DNA of 64,000 nucleotides. Origin: Candidatus Magasanikbacteria bacterium RIFOXYC2_FULL_42_28 (GTDB taxonomy: Bacteria > Patescibacteriota > Patescibacteriia > Magasanikbacterales > GWA2-37-8). The stretch lies in the NCBI GenBank assembly GCA_001784435.1, contig MFQZ01000009.1, positions 11,324-75,323 on the forward strand, read 5' to 3'. Shown here one piece after another: positions 39,121-47,533 of this stretch (its first letter is position 1; each line of letters starts with the position of its first letter). Position numbers and translations under genes: made by a program. The notes under the pieces were generated by a model. That model did not search any database. It was not told the origin of the DNA and was given only the letters and a program-made list of their open reading frames with translations.

Positions 39121-40536
39121 ATGTCATTTATAAATCGTGAACAAGAGTTAAAAATGCTAAATGAAAAATGGCAATCAAATATCGCTCAGTTTTTTATTAT
39201 TTATGGTAAACGCCGCGTTGGCAAGACTGAGTTGATTAAACAATTTATCAAAGACAAACCAGCGTTATATTTTTTAGCCGATAAGCGCACGACGGCGGAT
39301 CAATTGCGGGAGCTGGGGCAAATAGTGGGAAATTATTTTAAGGATGAAATTCTGATTAGCAATGGTTTTAGTGATTGGTTGGAAGTATTTCTATATTTAA
39401 AAACAAAGACAATCACCGAACCTTTGATTTTGGCGATAGACGAATATCCGTATTTGGTTGAAAATGATAAATCCACCAGTTCGCTTTTTCAAAAGGGTTG
39501 GGATGAATATTTAAAAAATACTAAAATATTTTTGATACTGTCCGGGTCCAGCATCGCCATGATGGAATCGGAAACGCTGAACCAAAGCGCGCCGTTGTTT
39601 GGCAGGCGTACCGGTCAAATTTTGGTTGACCCATTAAATTTTTTGCAATCGCGCCAATTTTTTCCAGAGAAAAATTTTTCTGATTTTTTAAATATCTACA
39701 CTATTACCGGTGGCATGCCGGCGTATTTGAAACAGTTTGAAGAGGGCGCGGGAATGTCCGAAGAGATTAAGAATAAAATTTTTAACAAAACCGCTTTTTT
39801 ATACAACGAAGTGGAGTTTACCCTGAAAGAAGAGTTGCGTGAACCAAAAAATTATTTAGCAATTTTGCGCGCCATTGCACTCGGGAAAAGAAAGTTAAGT
39901 GAAATTGTTAATGAAGTCGGGATGGACACAGCCGCCACCAACAAATATCTTTCGGTGCTTATTAATTTGCGTTTGGCGGAACGGGAGGTGCCGGTAACCG
40001 AGAATAAGCCGGAGAAGTCGCGACGCGGTTTGTATAAAATTTTGGATAATTTTTTTGGATTTTGGTTTCAATATATTTTTCCTTATAAAAGTTATTTGGA
40101 AATGGGCAATTATAATTATGTTTTGGAGAAAATGTTTAGCGGTTTAAAATATAATGATAAGGTTAATTCCGGTTTCAAACTTATTGTCGCGCAAGTTTAT
40201 GAACGCGTCGCGATTGAATTGCTGCCCGCTTGGCAAGATAAAATTTTCTCGTTTGAGCGCGTTGGTCGTTATTGGGACAATAATCAAGAAATTGATGTGG
40301 TGGGGATAAGTTTGCCGGAAAAGAAAATAATTTTCGGTGAGTGTAAGTGGTCCGAAAAACCAGTGGGGACAGATATTTATGAAGAATTAAAAAAGAAAGC
40401 GGAAAAAGTGGAGTGGAATTTGGGCGATAGAAAAGAATTTTATATTTTATTTAGTAAGAGTGGTTTTACCGAGGCAATGATAAAAATAGCGAAGAGCGAA
40501 GGTGTGTTTTTAGTGGAGAAGGATACTATGAAGTAA
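39121..40536 (+). CDS. Archaeal-type ATPase (ATPase_2, wHTH, DUF234 PD-(D/E)xK)
   Basis: FINREQEL, YGKRRVGKT, IDEYP, PLFGRRT, TGGMPAYL, EIDVV..FGECKW. Confidence 0.88.
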   Translation: MSFINREQELKMLNEKWQSNIAQFFIIYGKRRVGKTELIKQFIKDKPALYFLADKRTTADQLRELGQIVGNYFKDEILISNGFSDWLEVFLYLKTKTITEPLILAIDEYPYLVENDKSTSSLFQKGWDEYLKNTKIFLILSGSSIAMMESETLNQSAPLFGRRTGQILVDPLNFLQSRQFFPEKNFSDFLNIYTITGGMPAYLKQFEEGAGMSEEIKNKIFNKTAFLYNEVEFTLKEELREPKNYLAILRAIALGKRKLSEIVNEVGMDTAATNKYLSVLINLRLAEREVPVTENKPEKSRRGLYKILDNFFGFWFQYIFPYKSYLEMGNYNYVLEKMFSGLKYNDKVNSGFKLIVAQVYERVAIELLPAWQDKIFSFERVGRYWDNNQEIDVVGISLPEKKIIFGECKWSEKPVGTDIYEELKKKAEKVEWNLGDRKEFYILFSKSGFTEAMIKIAKSEGVFLVEKDTMK

Positions 40537-40652
40537 AGATAATTATCCAACAAAAAACCAACAGTGATAAGCCGTTGGTTTTTTGTTATCTTCTTGGTAC
40601 CAACAAGAATGGTGCGCACGGGGTGAAGACGGTGCGCGCGTCTGTGGGGTGG

Positions 40653-41195
40653 TCAAAATGCATATGACACCCCGGGTTGAAAGAGCAAGGTCCAGATGCC
40701 GGTGCCGAGCGTGGTGCCCGGGCCGACCACGAGCGCCAGTGACAAGCCGTTGCCGATTTTGACACTGGTGCCGAGTCCGCCACCGATGAAGTGGGAGTGG
40801 GGTGTGTTGTTGTACCAGTAGTTAAACTGGTACACGACCGAGGTGCTCACTCCGACTCGATCGGTGAGCGCGTATGACACTCCGATTCCAGCGCGTGGGG
40901 CAGGACGGAAGGTGTCATTCGGCGTTTTGAAGCCGATGAGGGCGGACACACCGAAGTTATTCGGCAGTTTCCACCCGAGCGACAGGTGGAGCCGGGTGGA
41001 AACCTCGCCTGGGGAGGTCGCACCGTCTTTAAAGACGATGATCATCCCTTCGGCCATCGCCACCGAGACGCTCGGAGTGGTCGGGTTGGGCTCTTCACCG
41101 GCGTTGGCGCACATTGAGATCATCAAAACTCCGATGATGGTTACCAGCCAGATCATTCCACCCGTCAGAAAACAAGTTTTCGCCATCCTATTCAT
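40653..41195 (-). CDS. Predicted small outer-membrane beta-barrel-like protein
   Basis: Signal peptide, amphipathic strands, C-terminus GVSYAF; AAGGAGGG SD; promoter TTGACA-17-TATAAT at 41273-41245. Confidence 0.6.
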   Translation of the reverse strand: MNRMAKTCFLTGGMIWLVTIIGVLMISMCANAGEEPNPTTPSVSVAMAEGMIIVFKDGATSPGEVSTRLHLSLGWKLPNNFGVSALIGFKTPNDTFRPAPRAGIGVSYALTDRVGVSTSVVYQFNYWYNNTPHSHFIGGGLGTSVKIGNGLSLALVVGPGTTLGTGIWTLLFQPGVSYAF

Positions 41196-41402
41196 CTCAC
41201 CCTCCTTTTTGTAGAAGAACCTGCCGAGACCATCTCGACTTAGCATTATATCATAAAATAATATACATGTCAAGGGTTATTTGGCTAATATAAGGCAAAA
41301 AGTAGTCAAGTTTGTAATGATTAAACTAAAATTATCTTGACTTTTTTGGCTTTGTTTACTATAATATTATTATCATAAAAATTATGACAGAAGTAATAAA
41401 AT

Positions 41403-42956
41403 ATGATTGAAAATCAATTAAAACAGTTGGGTTTTGGTAAAAATGAAATTAAAATATATTTGGCTTTGTTTGAATTAGGCAAATGTAAGGCGCATGAGGT
41501 AATTGTTCATACTGGTTTGCATCGCAATATTGTGTATCAAGATTTAGAGGATTTAGTTAAGCGGGGGTTGGTGACAAAAACTGAAGTTAAAAATGTTTTT
41601 GAATACAGCGCCAATAATCCCGAGGCATTAGTAGAGGAATTTGAAAACAAAAAAGAAATATCGCAAAAAATCGCCGAACAGTTAAAAGAAAAACAAATTG
41701 AAACACCGCGCGAGGTGGCGGTGTATGAAGGGGTGGATGGTTTGAAAAAAAGCCGAGCCAAAATTTTAAATTATCAATCCGGTGATGAAGTTTTTATTTT
41801 TGGCGCTGATTTAGAACCATCAATGGAAAAAGTAATGCGTAAAATTCACAAAAAACGCGAGGATGCTGGGATTAATATGAAAATTTTATACGACCAAAGC
41901 GCTAACAAATCGGATGTTGCTTGGCGTAATACATTGGAGCATAGTAAAGCAAAATTATTGCCATTTAGTCAAAAGTTTCCAATTTGGTTTGCTGGTATTG
42001 GAGAGCATTTGGAAATTGGTATACCACAACATAACAATCCCTTAATTTTTAATATTCGCAACCAAGAAGCAGTTGATGGTTTTAAAACTTTTTTTGATTA
42101 TTTTTGGAATCAAGAAAGCATAAGTTACCAAGGGATAGATGAAGTAGAGTCGGCCTATAATGAAATTTTGGAAAATTCGAGTAATGACCAGGATGTTGTG
42201 ATTTTTGCAGCTAAGCCAAGCGAGCAGAGAAGTTCTAATTTTAATTTAGAGTGGAATAAGCAATTGCGGAAAAAAGTTAAACGTTTGCGTTTGTTATATT
42301 ATGGCGCAAATGAAATTAATATCAGTAGGGCAAAAGAAATGTTGGACGTGGGCGCAGAAGCAAAAGTGAGTGGCACTAGCCAGTCGCTTCCAATTTCTAC
42401 AATTATTGCTGGTGATGTTGTGTTAACGGTGGTTTGGGATAAAAATCCAGCTTGTTTTAAAATAAAAAATAAAACAGTAGCTGATTCTTTAAAAAATAAT
42501 TTTGAATTATTGTGGAATCAGCAGGTTGGTGTTGAATCTGGCTTAGATCCATTGAAAAATATTATTTATGAAATGTTAGATGAATTAAATTCTGGGGAAG
42601 AGTATTGCGTGCTGGGTGCTTCGTATGGCCATGAGACCGGCGGGGTTCAAGAATTGTATGATAAATTTCATACCGACAGAATTAAAAAAGGTGTAGTGAC
42701 GAAAATGTTAGTTTATCGTGAATCATTTGAGCGGATAAAAAAACGGTTTGAGAGATGTGGTGATCAGTTTGGCAAAGTAAGCCAGTTGAAACAATATGGG
42801 TCTGCGCCGAAAATACCTATGCAAATTAATTTATATAATAACAAGGCATTTATAATTTTTTATGGCGAGGCTCCAACTGTAATTAAATTTAATCGGCCGG
42901 AATTTTTTGCCGGGTTTAAAACTTATTTTGATGAGCTGTGGAGAAAGGGTGGATAA
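41403..42956 (+). CDS. TrmB-family regulator with three tandem C-terminal domains
   Basis: wHTH followed by three repeats ending FDYFW, FELLW and FDELW. Confidence 0.8.
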   Translation: MIENQLKQLGFGKNEIKIYLALFELGKCKAHEVIVHTGLHRNIVYQDLEDLVKRGLVTKTEVKNVFEYSANNPEALVEEFENKKEISQKIAEQLKEKQIETPREVAVYEGVDGLKKSRAKILNYQSGDEVFIFGADLEPSMEKVMRKIHKKREDAGINMKILYDQSANKSDVAWRNTLEHSKAKLLPFSQKFPIWFAGIGEHLEIGIPQHNNPLIFNIRNQEAVDGFKTFFDYFWNQESISYQGIDEVESAYNEILENSSNDQDVVIFAAKPSEQRSSNFNLEWNKQLRKKVKRLRLLYYGANEINISRAKEMLDVGAEAKVSGTSQSLPISTIIAGDVVLTVVWDKNPACFKIKNKTVADSLKNNFELLWNQQVGVESGLDPLKNIIYEMLDELNSGEEYCVLGASYGHETGGVQELYDKFHTDRIKKGVVTKMLVYRESFERIKKRFERCGDQFGKVSQLKQYGSAPKIPMQINLYNNKAFIIFYGEAPTVIKFNRPEFFAGFKTYFDELWRKGG

Positions 42957-43000
42957 AGTGTTTTGCATAACATTGGGGAACATATTATAATGAGCTTACT

Positions 43001-43963
43001 ATGATTATATTTATACACGGCCCCGACACCTTTCGGAGCCGGCAATATTTAAAAGAACAAGTGGAGAAATTTAAAATTGCCCGCGATCCACAGGGGTATA
43101 ATGTTGTGTTTGCGGACGCGGTGAGCGACGAGCCGGGGAAAATTTTAGGGGAGATTTCCAGCGCGCCGTTTTTGGCAGATAAGAGAATGATTGTTGTAGA
43201 AAATATTTTGGCATGCAAGGATAAGGATTTTATGGCTACGCTCATTGAAATGGTAAAAAATAATAAAGTGCCGGAAAGTAATGTTGTTTTGTTTTGGCAA
43301 GGCGAAGATAAATCAAAAATAAAAGAAGTGGATGAATTGGATAAATTATTGAAAAAAGAAAAATACGCGAAAGAATTTGATATGTTAACGGGCGCGCAAT
43401 TGTCCGTTTGGATAAAACAGGAATTTGTTAAATCAAAAGCGACTGTCAGTATGCCGGCGTTAAATTTTTTGGCGCAGAACGCGGGTGGTGATATGTGGCG
43501 ATTGTCGTCTTTAATCGCGCAATTGTCGGCCTATGCCACTGGGCGCGAGGTCGGCGTGGAAGGTGTAAAATTATTTTTGGATGAAAAGGTTGATGATAAT
43601 GTTTTTAATATGGTGGAAGCGGTCGTGTCGGGCAATCGTAAGCAGGCGTATAAATTATTAACCGAGCAAAGGCGGTTAGGCGAAGAGGACGGAAAATTAT
43701 TTGGTTTGATATTGTGGCAATTTCGGATTTTGGTGAATTTAAGGTCGTTGTTTGAAACTGAAGATAATTTAACGGCTGATCAAATGGCTAAACAACTTGG
43801 TTTGCATCCGTTTGTCGTGAAAAAGAATTTGGCACTGGTAAAACGAATGAGCTCGGCACGCTTAAAAGAAATTTACGAGATGCTTTTGGATATTGATAAA
43901 AAAATAAAAACCGGGCGGGGGGACTTGGGGTTGTTGGTTGATGTGCTGGTGGGACGCTTATGA
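43001..43963 (+). CDS. holA: DNA polymerase III delta subunit
   Basis: SAPFLADKRMIVV, NVFNMVEAV, LGLHPFVVKK, DKKIKTG. Confidence 0.9.
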   Translation: MIIFIHGPDTFRSRQYLKEQVEKFKIARDPQGYNVVFADAVSDEPGKILGEISSAPFLADKRMIVVENILACKDKDFMATLIEMVKNNKVPESNVVLFWQGEDKSKIKEVDELDKLLKKEKYAKEFDMLTGAQLSVWIKQEFVKSKATVSMPALNFLAQNAGGDMWRLSSLIAQLSAYATGREVGVEGVKLFLDEKVDDNVFNMVEAVVSGNRKQAYKLLTEQRRLGEEDGKLFGLILWQFRILVNLRSLFETEDNLTADQMAKQLGLHPFVVKKNLALVKRMSSARLKEIYEMLLDIDKKIKTGRGDLGLLVDVLVGRL

Positions 43964-44066
43964 ATGTCAAATTTCCAATTTCCAATGTCAAATCAAAGCC
44001 AAAATGACAAATTTGACATTTTTATTTTGACATTGATTGGAAATTGGATATTTGGATTTTGAAATT
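43963..44066 (+). repeat. Family B palindrome after the holA stop
   Basis: aatgtcaaatttccaatttccaatgtcaaatc...ttggattttgaaatt. Confidence 0.9.
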
Positions 44067-44143
44067 AGTAAAGTCAGACACATACAGAAGCTTGAGTTTA
44101 AAACAAAAAATCTCCTTGGCAGGAGATTTTTGATTTAAGTAGC

Positions 44144-44398
44144 TTATTTTAACGCATTCACTTTCTTCATCAAGCGCGATAATTTGCGCGTGGCGGTGTT
44201 TTTCTTGATAGTACCGTGCTTAACGGCTTTGCCGAGCGCTTTTTGAGCGATTTTTACCGCTTTTAACGCTTCGGCTTTGCTGGCGGCTTTTAAGGTCGCC
44301 TTGAAACCATCGCGAATGGCGGTTTTTTTGGCGACATTCAGAAGCGCGCGTTTTTTGGCTTGGCGCAAGGCCTTGGCGGCATTTTTTAGATTAGGCAT
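44144..44398 (-). CDS. rpsT: 30S ribosomal protein S20
   Basis: MPNLKNAAKALRQ, IKKNTATRKLSRL; own promoter TTGACT-17-TATAAT. Confidence 0.92.
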   Translation of the reverse strand: MPNLKNAAKALRQAKKRALLNVAKKTAIRDGFKATLKAASKAEALKAVKIAQKALGKAVKHGTIKKNTATRKLSRLMKKVNALK

Positions 44399-44491
44399 AG
44401 ATAATTAGTTTGAATAAAATTGAGAGTGATTATGCGGTGGATTATATATGATAATGACTAAAAAGTCAAGGTTATCCTATAAAGCTGCAGA

Positions 44492-44732
44492 TGGTGGACC
44501 TCGGCCTCTAAAGTCCACCAGTGTCGCGTCGACACGCCTTGGGGCGGCCCGTGCACGCCCCGAATGTCTTTTTGTGTGGCGTTGGCCAGCAAGCTTACCT
44601 GTGGTAAGACAAAATTTGAGAGGACGCATGAGGCATCAACTCAGTAATTTTGTCCCGGCAAGCCCGGACCGGTCGATTGGTCACCCTCCTTGTGCAACCG
44701 CGCGAGCACCATAGAACAGTAGAAGCCGAGGT
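44492..44732 (-). ncRNA. Candidate ~240-nt structured ncRNA (6S-like or unclassified)
   Basis: Promoter TTGATA-17-TACAAT (44767-44739) points at 44732; 13-bp terminal helix; G-U pairs favour the minus strand; GC-rich. Confidence 0.65.
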
Positions 44733-44782
44733 ATTTATATTGTACAACTATTTAATTTTGTTATCAAAAACTTATCCCCAGC

Positions 44783-45856
44783 TTAGTCATTTTCTTCTAA
44801 TCTCGGCTTATCAAGTGTCAACGGTTCAATCGCTTTTTCTCCATCGGTAATTTTCACCACGTCTTTATCAATTTTATTTAATTCTTTGTAAGCGGTGTTG
44901 TAAGAATTTACCGTAGTCGTTAAATTATTTCCTAATTTTTTAAAATAATCATCATAGGCCATAAGGTGTTTGCCTAATTGTTCCACGCGGTCGCGAATTT
45001 CTTTGGCCGACTCCTCTATCTTCATGGCGCGCAAACCTTGCAAAACAGTTTGTAAATATGCCAAGAATGATGTTGGTGAAACAATTATCACGTGCCTTTC
45101 TTTAAAGGCATATTCAATTAAATCATGCGTATTTACTTTGACCGCACCAACTTGATTGATAAGTAAATCATAATAAATTCCTTCGGCCGGGATGAACATA
45201 AATGCGAAATCCATGGTGTTTTCCTTGGGTTTGATATATTTACTGGTTTCGTCAATGCGATTTTTTAAATCATTTTTAAATATTTTTTCCAATTCAATTC
45301 GGCGCGTCGGATCACGCTCTTCCACAATGCGATTATAGTTTTCCAAACTGAATTTGGAGTCAATTGGTATGACTTTGTCTTTTACAAAAACAGCGGCGTC
45401 CACGATGTCGCCGTCCGTAAATTTATATTGCATTTGATAACTGCCGGGCGGTAAAACATTTTTCAAAACATTTTCCAAATAATATTCCCCGAGGATGCCA
45501 CGCTGTTTTGGATTTTGTAAAATATTTTCTAAGTTTTGTAATTGATCGGCAAAGCCAACGACTTGGCGATTGGTCTCGTCTAACTTGGCGAGTCGTTCGG
45601 TAACGTCGGTAATTATTTTTACACTTTGGCCGTGTTGTGATTGTAACGCTTGGTGCATGCTTGCTTGCGTGGCGTTAACAATTTTATGGGTGTCGGAAGT
45701 TTTCTGGTCAATTAAGCGCGACAGATCCTGAATTTGGTTTTGGAGCATTAGGAGCGATTGGGTGTTTTCGGGTGGTTTGGGTTTTTTGGAATTGAAAATT
45801 AAAATACCCAGTCCAACGGCGATAATTAATAGTAAGATTATAATCCAAATGTCCAT
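44783..45856 (-). CDS. rmuC: DNA recombination protein RmuC
   Basis: N-terminal TM, NPKQRGILGE, PIDSKF, FAFMFIPAEG, VSPT. Confidence 0.92.
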   Translation of the reverse strand: MDIWIIILLLIIAVGLGILIFNSKKPKPPENTQSLLMLQNQIQDLSRLIDQKTSDTHKIVNATQASMHQALQSQHGQSVKIITDVTERLAKLDETNRQVVGFADQLQNLENILQNPKQRGILGEYYLENVLKNVLPPGSYQMQYKFTDGDIVDAAVFVKDKVIPIDSKFSLENYNRIVEERDPTRRIELEKIFKNDLKNRIDETSKYIKPKENTMDFAFMFIPAEGIYYDLLINQVGAVKVNTHDLIEYAFKERHVIIVSPTSFLAYLQTVLQGLRAMKIEESAKEIRDRVEQLGKHLMAYDDYFKKLGNNLTTTVNSYNTAYKELNKIDKDVVKITDGEKAIEPLTLDKPRLEEND

Positions 45857-45882
45857 ATTATTTTTTGGCTAATTCAAAATTG

Positions 45883-45954
45883 TCTCCTCACCAGGAATTG
45901 AACCTGGATCTAGACGTTAGGAGTGTCTTATTCTATCCGTTGAACTATGAGGAG
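45883..45954 (-). tRNA. tRNA-Arg(CCT)
   Basis: Acceptor CTCCTCA/TGAGGAG, anticodon loop CTCCTAA, T arm CCAGG-TTCAATT-CCTGG; one anticodon-stem mismatch. Confidence 0.88.
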
Positions 45955-46576
45955 AAATGATTTTGTTGACCTGTGTATTTATAGCAGAAATTTTCTTAAA
46001 AAGCAACCCAGCTTTCTTGACCCTAACTCGACACATGCCAAACTTAAGTTTTCCGATTTTTTTGCCTTTAAGTACATTTATACTTACATTGTCCCACAAA
46101 TCCAGTTTAGTAATGGTTGACCAATGGCGAATGCACGCGTCTTTGTCCAGATCTTCATAAATTCTAATTGAAATCTTAAAATCCAAATCTTTTACGTGAA
46201 ATTCAGTTCGCAATATATCCATAAATACTGCCACCATTTTTGAATCGGTGTTTGAGAAACTGAAGTCGCTTTTACTTCCCTCTGCCCAATATAATGCGCT
46301 GGCGAAAAGCATTCTTTCCCGATGGCTTAATTCAGTGAGTGTTGTAGTTGCGTGTAAGATGGCTTTGTCCCAATTTCTCTCGGACATGATTTTGCTCGCA
46401 TTTCTACGCGCCAGCCAGCGTTGTTTAAATTCAGGCAAAATAGTAGTATTTTTTGAAATTCGCCACGCAGTTGCACGATTTACTCCCAAGATTTGGCTAA
46501 TCTCAGGCATACTTCGGCCGTGTTTTCTTAATTCGACAATTTTATCTTTTATTTCTTGTTTGATTAGTTTCGACAT
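45917..46576 (-). CDS. HTH plus LAGLIDADG-like putative homing endonuclease overlapping tRNA-Arg
   Basis: N-terminal HTH (GRSMPEISQILGVNRATAW); ASALYWAEG motif followed by FSNTD. Confidence 0.7.
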   Translation of the reverse strand: MSKLIKQEIKDKIVELRKHGRSMPEISQILGVNRATAWRISKNTTILPEFKQRWLARRNASKIMSERNWDKAILHATTTLTELSHRERMLFASALYWAEGSKSDFSFSNTDSKMVAVFMDILRTEFHVKDLDFKISIRIYEDLDKDACIRHWSTITKLDLWDNVSINVLKGKKIGKLKFGMCRVRVKKAGLLFKKISAINTQVNKIISPHSSTDRIRHS

Positions 46577-46763
46577 AATCTATCTTAATTTATTACCTAA
46601 AATGTATTATAGCATGAAATAGCCAAGTAGTCCAAGTGATGTTTGGCTCTTTACAATAGATTTTGGTAATAATATAGGTCTTGATTAATTTGTAAATATA
46701 GTGTATAATTTTATCTAGCGGAATTTGTATTATTATGATAGTGTTTCTGGTTGTAGTTATAAT

Positions 46764-46834
46764 GGGCCCATGGTCTAGTGGTATGACACGGCATTCGCAT
46801 TGCCGGAGCGGCAGTTCGATTCTGCCTGGGTCCA
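46764..46834 (+). tRNA. tRNA-Ala(CGC)
   Basis: G3:U70 pair; CGGCA-TTCGCAT-TGCCG; GTTCGATT. Confidence 0.93.
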
Positions 46835-46925
46835 CACGGCTTCACTGCGTTACGCCGTGTAAACTACGGCTATTAAATTAAATACAAAGTAGAGTTTACA
46901 GGGCGTAGCCGTAGGCGAAGCCCTG
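46835..46925. repeat. Family C REP-like inverted pair directly after tRNA-Ala
   Basis: cacggcttcactgcgttacgccgtgtaaactac ... gtagagtttacagggcgtagccgtaggcgaagccctg; related unit at 50491-50520. Confidence 0.65.
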
Positions 46926-46961
46926 GGGATAACTTTGGGGATAAATCAGTTGAAAAGTGGA

Positions 46962-47058
46962 TGTTTGTATACGCTAGCGTAATCAAACTTTAAAAATGCT
47001 CAATTTTGGGCGTTTTTTTGATATATTTAAAATTTGATTACGCTAGTGTAATCAAACG
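46962..47058. repeat. Two further 28-bp palindromic sites (46962-46989, 47031-47058)
   Basis: TGTTTGTATAC-GCTAGC-GTAATCAAACT and AATTTGATTAC-GCTAGT-GTAATCAAACG. Confidence 0.8.
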
Positions 47059-47145
47059 CGCTAGTTCAGGTGTAGTTTTTCAGGTTTTTGTGGTTATATT
47101 GCGTGATTTTTGTTTAAAGGTTTGGTTAGGATATGGCGCTCACAG

Positions 47146-47161
47146 TGTTTCATGTGAAACA
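47146..47161. other. parS site
   Basis: TGTTTCATGTGAAACA matches the parS consensus. Confidence 0.88.
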
Positions 47162-47221
47162 AATGGTTTTTACTTTATATTTAGCCAATTTATCTATTAA
47201 ATCACGAAAATACTGCAAAAA

Positions 47222-47237
47222 TGTTTCATGTGAAACG
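47222..47237. other. parS site
   Basis: TGTTTCATGTGAAACG. Confidence 0.85.
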
Positions 47238-47533
47238 TTTTTGTTGGTCCAATATGGTAATTATCAACCTATTATCATTTGGCAAGTAAAAAATATTTTT
47301 CTTAAACTCTGATCATTTAAATTTTTTTAATGGTATCACCGGTGTCCTTGATGCCAAGTTTTGGAAAATTTATTTTATAAAATTAGCTTACCCCGACGCT
47401 GTCGGTCGGGGTCAATTTGATCTTGCGATCAGATTGAAAGTTATACACAGTTTTTTATAAGAAAAAAATTAGATTGTGTGCTATAATATAATAAATAATA
47501 AGTAAAAGGAAATTAATTTTTTACATTAAAGCT

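Noticed and set aside
44448-44714. 88-aa + strand ORF
   Set aside because: No recognisable protein features; promoter position and G-U pairing favour a minus-strand RNA.
44492-44732. tmRNA, RNase P RNA or retron msr-msd identity for the structured region
   Set aside because: No T-arm before CCA, no GAGGAAAGUCC with a matching 3' P4 strand, and no reverse transcriptase in the window.
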